Of a stretch of 64,000 nt of DNA, positions 1 through 10,790 are shown in pieces. The notes under the pieces are model-generated. The model did no database searches and was not told the DNA's origin. It saw only the letters and a list, made by a program, of their open reading frames with translations. Position numbers and translations under genes: made by a program. The DNA is from an uncultured Chthonomonadaceae bacterium (GTDB lineage Bacteria > Armatimonadota > Chthonomonadetes > Chthonomonadales > Chthonomonadaceae). The stretch's first letter is position 1; every line of letters starts with the position of its first letter. Location: the NCBI GenBank assembly GCA_963817895.1, contig CAWFQB010000005.1, positions 544,001 to 608,000 of the forward strand. The letters are read 5' to 3'.

Positions 1-54
1 CATACAGGGCTGATGTTCCATAAATATCGCGGGCGGTGAAATCAAAATGGAGGC

Positions 55-588
55 ATGGAAAAGCAACGCATGAGTTCAGCAGACACATTGACTGTGATTG
101 GAGCCAAATACCTGATTATTCTTCCCCTGCTGCTGGTTTGTTGGGAGTTCTGGCGCGCGACGCCCCAGGAGCGGCAAACCATGCTGCGGCGCGGAATTCT
201 GGCCGGGATTTTAGCCCTCGCGTTCGCCAAAATCGGCGGCGCGTTGTACAATGAGCCGCGTCCGTTTGTGGCGCATCACTTTACGCCCTTGATCCCACAC
301 GAACCGGATAACGGCTTTCCTTCCGACCACACCCTGCTGGCGTTTACATGCGTGTTCCTGCTGCTGGCGCAATTAGCGGTTTCTGAATTTATTCTCGCGG
401 CCCTGTTCGGCCTTGTTATTGCCGCTTCCCGCGTTCGCAGCGGCCTGCACTCCCCACTCGACATTGGCGCGAGCATCGTGTTTGCCGCCCTCGCAGTCGG
501 CATCTCCACTCTTGTTTTCCGCAGTACATGGCACAAATCATCTTCCGCAGTCCATAGCAAGAGGCATAAGAAACACGAAACAGGATGA
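55..588 (+). CDS. PAP2-family membrane phosphatase (undecaprenyl-diphosphatase BcrC-like)
   Basis: PAP2 motifs K..YNEPRPF, GFPSDH, SRVRSGLHSPLD; several hydrophobic helices. Confidence 0.85.
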   Translation: MEKQRMSSADTLTVIGAKYLIILPLLLVCWEFWRATPQERQTMLRRGILAGILALAFAKIGGALYNEPRPFVAHHFTPLIPHEPDNGFPSDHTLLAFTCVFLLLAQLAVSEFILAALFGLVIAASRVRSGLHSPLDIGASIVFAALAVGISTLVFRSTWHKSSSAVHSKRHKKHETG

Positions 589-741
589 AAAAGGCTATTC
601 GCCCTTACCTGCCTTACTCGTTTGCCGGAGGAACCTCGTAGACGCTATCAATTACCATTCGGCTCATAATTTCTTTGTGGTCGCCATTCCACTGTTCAAA
701 GTAATCTTCGCTGCCATTGCCCCGCCACAAGTAGCGCGTAA

Positions 742-1209
742 TTACATCAATCCCGCGCGGCGGTTCCTGCGATAAAATGTAACGAGCGCGCCGTCTTGCA
801 AATACCACACAAACGCTTTTGCTCGACTGTTGGGGAATTCCTTGCGGTACTCCTTGCGACAGCGCGTAACGATATATGCGGGCCAGTCACTGTCCTCGCC
901 ACACATCACTTCAAGAACAGGCTCTTTCACCGGGAGCATCGGCAGGCGACGCATCTGCCACTCGCAGTATCTTTTCTCGTAGGCTTCAATGTACGCGAGG
1001 GGATGAGGATAGCGGATGCCATGCGCTGTAAGAGAACCGTCCTGACCGAGATTTAAATCGCCAAGTTGTGTTTGAAGATAACGAACCAATGCTTGTGTCG
1101 CATTTTCGGCGCGGACAAGATGGATAACCGCATGACCGCCATAGTCATCGGAGTTATACGGCTTGAAATAGATAACAAAATAACACTCTGTCGCAGGTTC
1201 ATAACTCAT
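742..1209 (-). CDS. hypothetical protein
   Basis: 155-aa ORF starting 10 nt after the trpF stop on the same strand; no recognised motif. Confidence 0.6.
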   Translation of the reverse strand: MSYEPATECYFVIYFKPYNSDDYGGHAVIHLVRAENATQALVRYLQTQLGDLNLGQDGSLTAHGIRYPHPLAYIEAYEKRYCEWQMRRLPMLPVKEPVLEVMCGEDSDWPAYIVTRCRKEYRKEFPNSRAKAFVWYLQDGALVTFYRRNRRAGLM

Positions 1210-1218
1210 AGAGTAGAT

Positions 1219-1872
1219 TTATCTTTCCTGCGCTGCCGCGACAAATGCCGCTAATTTTGCCACATCCAGTTGGCCGTTCGTCCGAACGCCGCTGCAAATA
1301 TCTACGCCGAACGGCTGCACAAAATCAATGGCCTGCGCTACATTGTCGGCGTTCAAGCCGCCCGCAAGAAAGAGGGGTAAGACGACGGCTTCCCGAATGG
1401 CGCGGCTGATTTCCCAATCATGGACGCGCCCGGTTCCGCCCAATTCTTTTACGGTCAGGGATGGATTGCCCGAATCCAACAGCAGAGCATCCACATAAGG
1501 CGCAACACTCAACGCTTCCGCAACCGAGGACGGCCCGACAACATGAATCACCTGCACAACTTTGATACCCGGCAGTTCGGCGCGAAGTCGAGCGTATTCG
1601 TCAAGCGGCAGGCTGTCTACAATCTGTAACGTGTTGGCGCGCGTTCGTTTCTGCTGCGCGATAATGGCAGGCGCGTTCTGTTGACTGGTGAGCAGAAATG
1701 TGGCAATCGGCGGCGGAACAGCTTCGATGATATGCGCGATTTGGTCTTCCGCTATGGGCCCAGGACCGCTCGGCATAGCGGATACCAGCCCAAGCGCGGA
1801 GGCGCCGCTGTCAATGGCAAGCCTCGCCTCTTCCCGGCTGGCAATGCAGCAAATTTTAATGCGGGGAGTCAT
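1219..1872 (-). CDS. trpF: phosphoribosylanthranilate isomerase
   Basis: RIKICCI, ALLLDSG, LGGTGRVHDW, LFLAGGLNADNV, PFGVDICSGV motifs. Confidence 0.9.
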   Translation of the reverse strand: MTPRIKICCIASREEARLAIDSGASALGLVSAMPSGPGPIAEDQIAHIIEAVPPPIATFLLTSQQNAPAIIAQQKRTRANTLQIVDSLPLDEYARLRAELPGIKVVQVIHVVGPSSVAEALSVAPYVDALLLDSGNPSLTVKELGGTGRVHDWEISRAIREAVVLPLFLAGGLNADNVAQAIDFVQPFGVDICSGVRTNGQLDVAKLAAFVAAAQER

Positions 1873-1923
1873 GGCGTATTTCTGTACTCATTTCACGAAA
1901 AGAACGCGCAAGCGCGTTTGTTG

Positions 1924-2538
1924 TCAATCATTGGGTGGGCCTTCCACAGGAGACATTTCGAGCGGCGGCGGAAAGGTAACATCCTGATAAATTTCGCCAA
2001 ATGGCAAGGTAACACCGGCAAGGTCGAGCCGTAGCGTGGTTTCCATGCCTTTCAGAACCGTGAGCAGCCAGGTATCGTCCGGCTGACGCGCATATACCTC
2101 AACGATGGGCGCGTCCTGTTGTATCAGGATATAGAGTTGCAGCGAGGACAGGGAACGATAGCAGGCGAATTTGCTTCCGCGATCAACGGCTTCCGTACTG
2201 GACGACAGCACCTCGAAAACAACCGTCGGGTTGCGTACCATCTCCGACGCGCCCTCCTCGTACTGCGGCTGACCACAAACAATAAAGGCATCGGGATAGA
2301 AGTAGGTGTTACATTCGCGGACGCGAACGCGCGTATCGCCCAGGAACAGATTGCACGGGCTACCGTCCAATTGGTTCCCCACACGACGCACAAGATTGCG
2401 AATAATTTGGTTATGTCGGGGGGTGCCGCCCGACATCGCCACAATTTCGCCGTTCCAGTATTCACTACGAAATTCGGCTAAATCTTCCTGTTGCAGGTAC
2501 TGTTCCGGCGTCACGTAACTCCGTGCCAATGCTGTCAT
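1924..2538 (-). CDS. Uma2-family (DUF820) PD-(D/E)XK endonuclease-like protein
   Basis: SEYWNGEIVAMSGGTPRHN, YFYPD, PTVVFEVLSSST..DRGSKF..YR motifs. Confidence 0.9.
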   Translation of the reverse strand: MTALARSYVTPEQYLQQEDLAEFRSEYWNGEIVAMSGGTPRHNQIIRNLVRRVGNQLDGSPCNLFLGDTRVRVRECNTYFYPDAFIVCGQPQYEEGASEMVRNPTVVFEVLSSSTEAVDRGSKFACYRSLSSLQLYILIQQDAPIVEVYARQPDDTWLLTVLKGMETTLRLDLAGVTLPFGEIYQDVTFPPPLEMSPVEGPPND

Positions 2539-2658
2539 CGTTTATTCTCCTTATCAGCAAGTATCTAAAACAGCATACTATGCGGCGCGGCGCTATTCAG
2601 GAAATTTCTCCTGCAATCAGGCGAAGAAACTTGCGCCGGTCTACGCCCGGTATGAGGG

Positions 2659-3495
2659 CTATGGAAACAGTACCTTTTCACCGGCTTTGCCCACCCACGA
2701 ACGCGCGCCGGGATATTTCGCCTCCAGATACCGGACGAACTTTTGCGGGTCTTCCTGATTGCCCACAAACATATCGTAGTGCGCGGGAACGACAAGCCCG
2801 GTCTTCAAATCTCCCGCCAGTTCTACCGCTTCCTGATAGGTCATGTTGCCGATGCAGCCACTCAAAAAGCGTTCCGCGTCGCGCCCGTTGATGGGCAGAA
2901 ACATCACATCTATATGCGGCCATTGGCGTAGCGTGTCGCGCAGGCCGTCGTACAAAATCGTGTCGCCCGCATGGTAGAACGTCACGCCGCCCGCTTCCAC
3001 GACGTAACCGAGATAGGGGAAACCCAGTTCCGGGTCTTCGTCGAACTCCTCGTGCTTGGCTTTGATGGCCGTGATTTTCACGCCATGCTCTTCCCACCAG
3101 TTGCCCGCGTCGAGCGCATGCAGGCGCGATTCGGGAATCTGCCCTTCGGTTTTCATGCGGATGGCCTCGGTTCGCGGACAGAAGAACTGCGCGTCCGGCG
3201 AAGCAACCGCCATGTGGGGGAGCGTGTCCGGGCAAAGGTGATCGCCATGCCCGTGCGTAATCAGGGCAAAATCGGCGTGTCGCGCCTCCTGTGGCGTGAG
3301 CAGGGACGGCGTTTGCCGCGACTCCCAATCGGCAAACCACGGATCGAAATAGAATACCCTGTCCCCGGCCTTCACCACAAACGTATGCTGCCCCAGCCAC
3401 CAGAACGCGCCCTGCCCCCGCGCCGTCTGTGTGTCCCGAATATCCCCTAACAATGTCGCGTGATCCTGCGCGATCTGCGCCCCTGCCAATCCCAT
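2659..3495 (-). CDS. MBL-fold metallo-hydrolase (UlaG-like)
   Basis: THGHGDH, FYHAGDT, VPAHYDMF motifs; start moved to the ATG at 3495 because of a GGAGG RBS. Confidence 0.85.
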   Translation of the reverse strand: MGLAGAQIAQDHATLLGDIRDTQTARGQGAFWWLGQHTFVVKAGDRVFYFDPWFADWESRQTPSLLTPQEARHADFALITHGHGDHLCPDTLPHMAVASPDAQFFCPRTEAIRMKTEGQIPESRLHALDAGNWWEEHGVKITAIKAKHEEFDEDPELGFPYLGYVVEAGGVTFYHAGDTILYDGLRDTLRQWPHIDVMFLPINGRDAERFLSGCIGNMTYQEAVELAGDLKTGLVVPAHYDMFVGNQEDPQKFVRYLEAKYPGARSWVGKAGEKVLFP

Positions 3496-3830
3496 GATTT
3501 CCTCCTGTGGAAAGAGTGTAAATAGCCGCGAATGAACGCGAATATAATCTGAATTACGCATAAAACGCTTTATGGTTGTCTTTTCGGTGTCACGTTGTGC
3601 GCCAACGCGCGTTTAGATGAGGGTAATAGATTCTAGTGTAGGGATTACAACAGCAAACAGGTAATTAGCGGGGGCGGCGCGCGGCCTTGAAGCGGGAACA
3701 AACGTTGTGGAGCGTCCGTCCTATACATACCAAAAGCTGTAAACCGCAGGTTGGAGCCGGGATGTCATGAAGCGTTCGCCCGACCTGACATAATAAAACG
3801 AACACAAACGTGTTTGGGGAGAGAACTAAA

Positions 3831-4157
3831 ATGAATACGAACAAGAGTGTGATGGCTGTTGGCGCATTGGTTGCTTTTATGGGATCGGCTGTGATGGCCC
3901 CCATGACGGCGCGGGCGAGTGAAGAGGGCAAGCGCAACACCACGCTGGGGTTAGGCGCGGGCGCAGCCGCCCTGCTGCTGACGCAGAAGAATAAAATTCC
4001 GGGCGCTCTGGTCGGCGCGGGCGCGGTATATTCGGGCATTTCGCTGCAAAACGACATCAACCGTCGCCACAAGCGCGAACGTCAACTGGCGTATGAGCGC
4101 AGAGTACGCGAACGCCGCGCAGCCCGCGCGCACCGTACCTACCGCCATGATCGGTAG
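3831..4157 (+). CDS. small secreted/membrane glycine-zipper-like hypothetical protein
   Basis: Signal peptide ending ARA, GLGAGAAA and GALVGAGAV segments, basic tail; GGAGAG RBS. Confidence 0.7.
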   Translation: MNTNKSVMAVGALVAFMGSAVMAPMTARASEEGKRNTTLGLGAGAAALLLTQKNKIPGALVGAGAVYSGISLQNDINRRHKRERQLAYERRVRERRAARAHRTYRHDR

Positions 4158-4214
4158 GATAGTTGATAGTCATCCGTTGCTTACTGAACTTCTCTTCGGC
4201 AACGATTAGAACAA

Positions 4215-4250
4215 CCCACTGGAAAATTAATTTTCCAGTGGGCTTTTGTT
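4215..4250. terminator. bidirectional intrinsic terminator
   Basis: Perfect 28-bp palindrome CCCACTGGAAAATTAATTTTCCAGTGGG followed by a T-rich tract, between convergent genes. Confidence 0.75.
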
Positions 4251-4296
4251 TTTACGCGCCCTGAAGAATTTCAGTGTCCTATCAACTATCAACTTC

Positions 4297-5259
4297 CTAA
4301 TGATCCGCGTAATGCTCGAACAGTTCGCTAACGGAGTTGTCTTCGTGGATGCGGAGGATGGCCTGCGCTAACAGGGGCGCGACGGACAGAACCTTGATCT
4401 TGGGGCTGTGCTTGTGCGGGGGCAGGGGGATGGTGTCCGTGACGACGAGGGAGCGCAGGGGCGAACAGTTGACGCGCTCAATGGCCTTGCCCGACAAAAT
4501 GCCGTGCGTACAGCAGGCGTGAACTTCGGCTGCGCCGCGCTCAATCAGGGCTTCCGCGCCCTGCACGATGCTGCCGCCCGTGTCTATCATGTCGTCAATC
4601 ATCACGCAGCGTTTGCCCGCCACATCGCCGATGATCTCCATGATCTCCACTTTGTTGGGTTCCGGGCGGCGCTTGGCGATAATGGCGATGGGGGATTTCA
4701 GATTTTCGGCAAGGGCGCGGGCGCGGGCCACGCCGCCCACGTCCGGCGAAACGACGCAGGTGCTGCCGTCATACAAACCCTCGGAAAGCAGATGCTCGGC
4801 AATCAGCGGGCCGGCGTACAGATGATCTACGGGAAGATCGAAAAATCCCTGAATCTGCCCCGCGTGAAGGTCCAAAGCAAGAACCCGACTGGCCCCCGCC
4901 TGTGTAATCAGGTTGGCGACCAGGCGAGCCGTCACGGGTTCGCGCGGCTTCACCTTTTTATCCTGACGGGCATAGCCATAATAGGGCAAAACAACCGTGA
5001 TGCGCTGGGCGGACGCGCGACGGAAGGCGTCAATCATAATCAACACTTCCATCAGGTTGTCGTTGACCGGGGCGCACGTCGGCTGCACGATGAAAATGTC
5101 CTGCCCCCGCGCCGACTCCTCGATTTTAACGCTGATTTCCCCGTCGGAGAAATGGCTGACCTGAATCTCGCCAAGCTCTACCTTGAGTTCAGCGGCAATG
5201 CTGGCGGCAAGGGCGGGGTTGGCATTACCGGTAAAGATACGCAGGTTGGAACCACACAT
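4297..5259 (-). CDS. prs: ribose-phosphate pyrophosphokinase
   Basis: [46 protein letters not shown]. Confidence 0.97.
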   Translation of the reverse strand: MCGSNLRIFTGNANPALAASIAAELKVELGEIQVSHFSDGEISVKIEESARGQDIFIVQPTCAPVNDNLMEVLIMIDAFRRASAQRITVVLPYYGYARQDKKVKPREPVTARLVANLITQAGASRVLALDLHAGQIQGFFDLPVDHLYAGPLIAEHLLSEGLYDGSTCVVSPDVGGVARARALAENLKSPIAIIAKRRPEPNKVEIMEIIGDVAGKRCVMIDDMIDTGGSIVQGAEALIERGAAEVHACCTHGILSGKAIERVNCSPLRSLVVTDTIPLPPHKHSPKIKVLSVAPLLAQAILRIHEDNSVSELFEHYADH

Positions 5260-5409
5260 AGCCGTTCTCCTCTGGCAATGGACTGAAACAGGCGGTGGCG
5301 GCAGGAAATACAGAGATTAAGAACAGCCGCGAATGAACGCGAATACACGCGAATGGGATGATGAGTTTAAGCGCAAATACGCTTCAGGGCGATACAGCCA
5401 TGCGAAACG

Positions 5410-6900
5410 TTATTCCGGTGACGGGACGACTTCGGCAAGAGTGGATTCGTCCGACATGGCAGACACGGCTTTGGCTTTCGCCTGCCGCGCATGGTACTCG
5501 GCGGCCCAACCCTCTTTTACCGTCGGGCGGGCGCGCGCAATTCCCAATGCGTCGGCGGGAACATCTTCGGTTATCGCGGACGCGGCGGCGATAAACGCGC
5601 CGTCGCCAATCGTTACGGGCGCGACAAGGGTTGAATTGGACCCGATAAACGCGCGTTCGCCAATCAGGGTACGGTATTTGCGATACCCGTCATAATTGCA
5701 GGTAATGGCTCCCGCGCCGATGTTGGTTCCCGCCCCGATTTCGGCATCCCCAATGTACGACAGATGCGACGCCTGTGCGCCCTCGTGGAAAATGGCGTTC
5801 TTCACTTCCACAAAATCGCCAATTTTCACGCGCCTGCCAAGATGCGTACCCGGACGCAAATTCGAGAACGGGCCGACTTTGACGCCATCTTCCAGTTCGC
5901 TGTCCACAACCTGCGAGGCAAGGATGCGGACGCCGTTCCCAATGCGGCTGTTTTCAATGCGGGTCATGGGGCCGAGGACGCAGTCTTCGCCGATGGTTGT
6001 GCCGTGCAGCAGATATGTGTTCGGTTCCACAACCGTATCCTGCCCGATGGTAACGCCCACGTCTATATACGTGTTCGCCGGGTCAATGATGCTCACGCCC
6101 GACAGCATCAATTCGTTTAATATGCGCTGCCGCAAAATCGCGTCACAGCCCGCAAGTTCCACGCGGTTATTGACGCCAAGCACGTCCCGCGCGTCTTCGG
6201 CGGCAACGGCTTCCAATTGCGCGCCCCGGTCGGAAAGCAGGCCGATGGTATCGGTCAGGTAAAATTCGCCCTGCGCGTTCACGGGCTGAATATCGGCAAG
6301 GGCAGACCACAAAGCCGAACTCTGAAAAGCGTACAGGGACGGGTTCCACTCTTTGATGGCGCGTTCGATTTCGGAAGCGTCGCGGTGTTCCACAATGCGC
6401 TGAACCCGCTGCGCCGAATCGCGAATCACGCGCCCGTAGCCGGTTGGGTCGTCCAGAAACGCGGTAAGAAGCGTGGCCGCCGCGCCGGTTTGCTGATGGT
6501 GTTGCAGCAGGCGGGACAGGGTTGCGCCGGGAAGCAGCGGCACATCCCCGGCCAATACCAGAATCGCGCCGGGCCAGTCGCCGAGCAGGGGTTGCGCCGC
6601 CCGCACCGCGTCGCCCGTCCCCTTTTGCTGCGCCTGTAAAACGTACTCGACCTCATTGCCCAACCCGGCTTTTACGGCTTCGGCCTCGTGTCCGACAACC
6701 ACGACAATGCGCTGTACTCCTGCCTGCCGACAAGCGCGAATCACATGCGCGGTCATGGGCAGGCCACAAAGCGGATGCAGCATTTTAGGCATTTTAGAGC
6801 GCATCCGGGTAGATTTGCCCGCTGCCAGAATAATCGCGGCGACCGGCGGATGGTCCTTCGGCGCGGTCTGCGCGGCTGCCGTGGATGCGTTCTCCATCAA
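5410..6900 (-). CDS. glmU: bifunctional UDP-GlcNAc pyrophosphorylase / glucosamine-1-phosphate acetyltransferase
   Basis: ILAAGKSTRMRS, GEFYLTD, hexapeptide repeats, HLSYIGDA, NIGAGAITCNYDG; glmU-prs synteny. Confidence 0.97.
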   Translation of the reverse strand: MMENASTAAAQTAPKDHPPVAAIILAAGKSTRMRSKMPKMLHPLCGLPMTAHVIRACRQAGVQRIVVVVGHEAEAVKAGLGNEVEYVLQAQQKGTGDAVRAAQPLLGDWPGAILVLAGDVPLLPGATLSRLLQHHQQTGAAATLLTAFLDDPTGYGRVIRDSAQRVQRIVEHRDASEIERAIKEWNPSLYAFQSSALWSALADIQPVNAQGEFYLTDTIGLLSDRGAQLEAVAAEDARDVLGVNNRVELAGCDAILRQRILNELMLSGVSIIDPANTYIDVGVTIGQDTVVEPNTYLLHGTTIGEDCVLGPMTRIENSRIGNGVRILASQVVDSELEDGVKVGPFSNLRPGTHLGRRVKIGDFVEVKNAIFHEGAQASHLSYIGDAEIGAGTNIGAGAITCNYDGYRKYRTLIGERAFIGSNSTLVAPVTIGDGAFIAAASAITEDVPADALGIARARPTVKEGWAAEYHARQAKAKAVSAMSDESTLAEVVPSPE

Positions 6901-6992
6901 ATGCTTTCTCCAGTGAAATTATAATTCAGCCTGCGTCGGTGGCAGGAGTATCGCTGACTTCCCACAAAGGGAACGGCGGAACCAACACGACT

Positions 6993-7021
6993 ATTATAAA
7001 GGAATGGGAAAAAGGAGTCAA
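6993..7021 (-). promoter_or_regulatory. sigma70-type promoter of glmU-prs
   Basis: Minus strand TTGACT-17 nt-TATAAT about 90 nt upstream of glmU. Confidence 0.75.
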
Positions 7022-7272
7022 GCGGATTCGGCGCTAATTTTGCCAGCCTTGCAGATAATCCTTCACTATTTTGCTTTGGGAGTGCAAGCCTGTTCAGAAT
7101 TCCCAGAACGCTTCCCGATTCCGCATGGAAAAGACAGGGGCGAGACAGACGCGGCGTAGCGAATGAAAACGCAGGTTATGACGACTGCCTGCCCCTTTTC
7201 AAACTCTAATGCTCGTGTCCATCAGCCTCTGTCTTTGAACTTGAACCAACTTCAGAGTCAGGTTTGCTGTCG

Positions 7273-7800
7273 CTATTCCAGCGTTTCGCGGTAAGCGTCG
7301 AGCGCGGCCCGCGTCAGCATCACATTCTCAATCCCGCTCAGATCGTTGATAACCTCTTCCAGTTGAAGCGGGCTGAACAGGCACTCGAAAGGGTCGAATT
7401 GATCGGCAGGCGTGTTGAGAAAACTGCGCAGGCGCGGGCGCATCACGCCGTAGCGCGACTGCATTTCAACGCGCATTTCGCTGTATTTGCGCGACATGTC
7501 CATCGTCGCGCCCTCTTTAGCGGCGCGGCACAATAAATCCACCATGTCTTCATAATGGACGGTGAAGTCTGCAAGCTGCGCCAGTTGCCGAACGCGCTGC
7601 CGCTGTCGGGCGCGTTCACGCAGGCTCCAGCGATGCAGGTTCGCCGTTGCGGCGCGCTGCCACCAGGCGTGAGCGTCCGCGCGCCATGTCAGCGCCTGCT
7701 CGTTCCAGATGCGCGATTGCCGCAGAAATTGATTGCGCGTGGCGTGCCATTGCAGGCGTAACCGGGCCAGACCGGGCGGGGGACCCAGACGAATCGCCAT
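7273..7800 (-). CDS. hypothetical protein
   Basis: 175-aa ORF with AGGAGAG RBS. Confidence 0.65.
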   Translation of the reverse strand: MAIRLGPPPGLARLRLQWHATRNQFLRQSRIWNEQALTWRADAHAWWQRAATANLHRWSLRERARQRQRVRQLAQLADFTVHYEDMVDLLCRAAKEGATMDMSRKYSEMRVEMQSRYGVMRPRLRSFLNTPADQFDPFECLFSPLQLEEVINDLSGIENVMLTRAALDAYRETLE

Positions 7801-7970
7801 TCTTCTCTCCTTGTTTGCTCCGGTTCACCCGAAAGGGGCTGTCACCGCAACAGCCGGCATCCGCTCTGCAAACGCTTCTAACGAGCGTTTTATGAAAGTA
7901 TACACTGCATAGTTGAACAACTTTCATCGCAGACGGCTTGCCGCCGTTTTATGTTCGCTTATATTTTAGC

Positions 7971-8549
7971 TTAACGTTCCTGCATTTTCGCCAGATAGTT
8001 GACCCGCAGGTCATTGAGGCGGCGCTGCATTTCGCGGCGTTCCTCGGCTGTCAAACCGGCGTCTATCTTGCCCAACAGAAACTGTACGCAGTCAATGGCG
8101 ATTTGCGCTTCGGGCAGGTTCTTTTCCGTCTGCCCGGTCATGGGATTGGCGACCAGTCCCATGGCTCGCCACGCCTGCCCGGAGAAAACGCCGAGCAGCG
8201 TGATTGCCAGCGTTTTTACGTCCATCTGCATGGCGACATACGCCAGCAACGCGCCGGGATCGGGCATGGACATGGCATTGTCGGCGGGTTCGGCATCATC
8301 GGATTCATCGGACACGCCGGGAAGGGTATCCCCGGATGAAGATGAGGACGGGGCTGTAGCCTGCGCGTCCTGCGATTGGGCAGGATTTGCCTTTGCGTTT
8401 GTAGAAAAAGTGTCGGCGGGGACATCTGCGTTGGAACCGTCGGACGCGGGCGGTTCCGCAAGCGTGGATTCGGCGGCTATCGGTTCCTCGGATTGCGCGG
8501 ATCGGCGGCGATCCACGACGTGAAAGGCCGGTTTTTCGGGGTCTGTCAT
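7971..8549 (-). CDS. DUF1844-like protein
   Basis: N-terminal FHVVDRR, acidic linker, C-terminal QAWRAMGLVANPMTG...AQIAIDC...L..LRVNY. Confidence 0.75.
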   Translation of the reverse strand: MTDPEKPAFHVVDRRRSAQSEEPIAAESTLAEPPASDGSNADVPADTFSTNAKANPAQSQDAQATAPSSSSSGDTLPGVSDESDDAEPADNAMSMPDPGALLAYVAMQMDVKTLAITLLGVFSGQAWRAMGLVANPMTGQTEKNLPEAQIAIDCVQFLLGKIDAGLTAEERREMQRRLNDLRVNYLAKMQER

Positions 8550-8849
8550 CGCGGGGTGTAACTCCTCGCGCCTAAAGCGCGTTTCGTTTCAAACGTGCGT
8601 CAGTATAACACAAGTGGCAGGCGATTACAATGGCGAATCGGCACTTTGGCGACTCTTTTTCGACTCTATTTTCACCCAATTGCGAGTCATAGCAGACGCC
8701 TGTTTACAGCGTAATTCGCGCGATTCGCGGCCCATTGCGCAGCAACTATCGGCTATGCGCAACGCTTGCTTTTAAGGCCTACAGGCGCTGGTTGTAACGT
8801 TAATGTATCACTTTCAACTTATCCTTTAACCCCTGCTCGGAGTTTTTTA

Positions 8850-9605
8850 ATGTCACAACTAACCTCTCTGGTCGCGTATTTGAACGAATATCTGGCTGTG
8901 CGCGACGTGCCGGATTACAAGGAGGCGTACAATGGCCTACAGGTGGAGGGCAGGGCTGAAGTTCGCCGCGTCGCCGTTGCCGTAGACGCCTGCAAAGCGA
9001 CCATTGAGCAGGCGATAGCCGGGGGCGCGGACATGATGATTGTGCATCATGGCCTGTTCTGGGGCGCGAAAGCGCCGGTTACGGGCCTGTATTATCAGCG
9101 ATTGGCGCTGCTCATTAAGAACGACCTCGCGCTGTACTCGTGCCATGTGCCTCTGGACGCGCACCCGGAAGTGGGTAACAACCATGTTCTGGCGCGGCTG
9201 TTGGGCTTGAGCGTGTCGGGGTTGTGGGGCGAAATGGAGGGCGTTCCGATGGGCGTGTACGCGGACGTGGACATAGCCCGCGACGAACTGGCTTCCCGTA
9301 TCCGAAATGTGCTGCAAATCGAGCCGCATGTAATCGCTACCGGCCCCTCGGAACTGAAGCGCGTCGGAATTGTCACGGGCGCGGCGGGTACGTGGGTGGA
9401 ACGGGCGCAGGCGCGGGGCATAGATACGCTGTTGACCGGCGAAGGCCCGCACCACACCTATTTCGACGCCGAAGAGCGCGGCCTGAACCTGATTTTCGCC
9501 GGCCACTACGCGACGGAAACGGTAGGCGTCAAAGCGCTTGCGCAGCATCTACAGGAACGTTTCGGACTGGAAACCTTCTACATTGACCATCCCACAGGAC
9601 TGTAA
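8850..9605 (+). CDS. Nif3-like dinuclear metal centre protein (YbgI family)
   Basis: NGLQVEG, IVHHGLFW, HVPLDAHPEVGNN, AGHYATETVGV, PTGL. Confidence 0.93.
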   Translation: MSQLTSLVAYLNEYLAVRDVPDYKEAYNGLQVEGRAEVRRVAVAVDACKATIEQAIAGGADMMIVHHGLFWGAKAPVTGLYYQRLALLIKNDLALYSCHVPLDAHPEVGNNHVLARLLGLSVSGLWGEMEGVPMGVYADVDIARDELASRIRNVLQIEPHVIATGPSELKRVGIVTGAAGTWVERAQARGIDTLLTGEGPHHTYFDAEERGLNLIFAGHYATETVGVKALAQHLQERFGLETFYIDHPTGL

Positions 9606-9611
9606 GGAGTA

Positions 9612-9692
9612 AGATACGAGATACGAGATACGAGATACGAGGTACAAGAAATTCTACTCGTATCTCGTATCTCGTATCTTGTATCTCGTATC
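9612..9692. repeat. inverted pair of heptamer tandem arrays (GATACGA)n/(TCGTATC)n
   Basis: Seen directly between convergent genes. Confidence 0.9.
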
Positions 9693-10070
9693 TCACCCCG
9701 GCGGCCACTGCATGAAGCGCCCGCCCAGAATGTGCCAGTGGACGTGATGCACGGTTTGGCCCCCGTTGTCGCGGGTATTCAACACGACGCGAAAGCCTTC
9801 GTCCGCTATGCCCAAAAGGGTTGCGGTTTGCTGCACGGCAAGCAGGGCGCGGCCTAACAAACCCTCATCGCTCATGTCCATCAGCGTTGGGAAATGCGCG
9901 CGGGGAATCAGCAGGACGTGAACGGGGGCCTGCGGATGCATATCGCGAAACGCGATAAACTCCTCGTTTTCAAAAACCGGCGTGACGGGAATCTGTCCCG
10001 CCGCGATTTTGCAGAAAACGCAGTCGCTTTCGACGGGTTGTTCGCTGTTCGATTCACTTGCGCCTGTCAT
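9693..10070 (-). CDS. histidine triad (HIT/HinT) nucleotide-binding protein
   Basis: DCVFCKI, PQAPVHVLLIP, GQTVHHVHWHILGGR; ATG 10070 with GGAG RBS. Confidence 0.93.
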   Translation of the reverse strand: MTGASESNSEQPVESDCVFCKIAAGQIPVTPVFENEEFIAFRDMHPQAPVHVLLIPRAHFPTLMDMSDEGLLGRALLAVQQTATLLGIADEGFRVVLNTRDNGGQTVHHVHWHILGGRFMQWPPG

Positions 10071-10265
10071 GGCGAACTCCTCCACATTTAGGTTTTGGAT
10101 AACTGGTATTATTGGTGGGAAGAATACCCGATAAAGTGGCGTGAAGACTACGGGGAGGAGGGAGAGAAGGAGGCGCGGCGGCAGGGCCACGCGGCGGAAT
10201 GACTTCAACGTCAACCCGACGGCTTGCAGCAATTCGTAAACAGGCGTGGGCAGGGTAAGGAACCC

Positions 10266-10754
10266 TTAGTTGTTGATGCTGCTATCCGCAGGCGCGGTAT
10301 CCGGCACGGCGTTTGCGGACACGCCCAGTTTTTTCAGGCGGCGCTCCCATCGCTTGTGGATCACGCTGCGCACTTCGCGGCCTATCAAAATGATGCGCCC
10401 GCTGTGGCCGTGCGTGGGCGTCCCCGTAATGAAGTGGTAAATCACCTCGTCGTCGGCGATTTCGCGTTGCACGAAACTGATGTTCTCCGAGGCGCGATGC
10501 CCCCACCAGCCGTAGAACAGGGCGTCCAGATCGAACAGGGTGCTGACGGGCTTGATAACCTCGTACCGCGCCACCACTTCCGTCTCTTCCGAAAGACACA
10601 TGCCGCGCCCGACCAGCCCGAACTTGCGGCTGATACGCATAATGTCCTTCTCGAAAATGGACAGGTCTTCGGCGATACCGTTCTGATTGTTGACGCTGTT
10701 GAGCCATCGTTCGCCGTAACGCTCAACCAGCAACGCTTTCACATCTTCCAGCAT
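10266..10754 (-). CDS. hypothetical protein
   Basis: 162-aa ORF with host-like codon use, co-oriented with neighbours. Confidence 0.65.
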   Translation of the reverse strand: MLEDVKALLVERYGERWLNSVNNQNGIAEDLSIFEKDIMRISRKFGLVGRGMCLSEETEVVARYEVIKPVSTLFDLDALFYGWWGHRASENISFVQREIADDEVIYHFITGTPTHGHSGRIILIGREVRSVIHKRWERRLKKLGVSANAVPDTAPADSSINN

Positions 10755-10790
10755 GGCAGTTTTCGTCTCCGATCTATGAACCGGTTCCGG

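Noticed and set aside
6901..7270. tRNA upstream of glmU
   Set aside because: No cloverleaf or T-loop consensus seen
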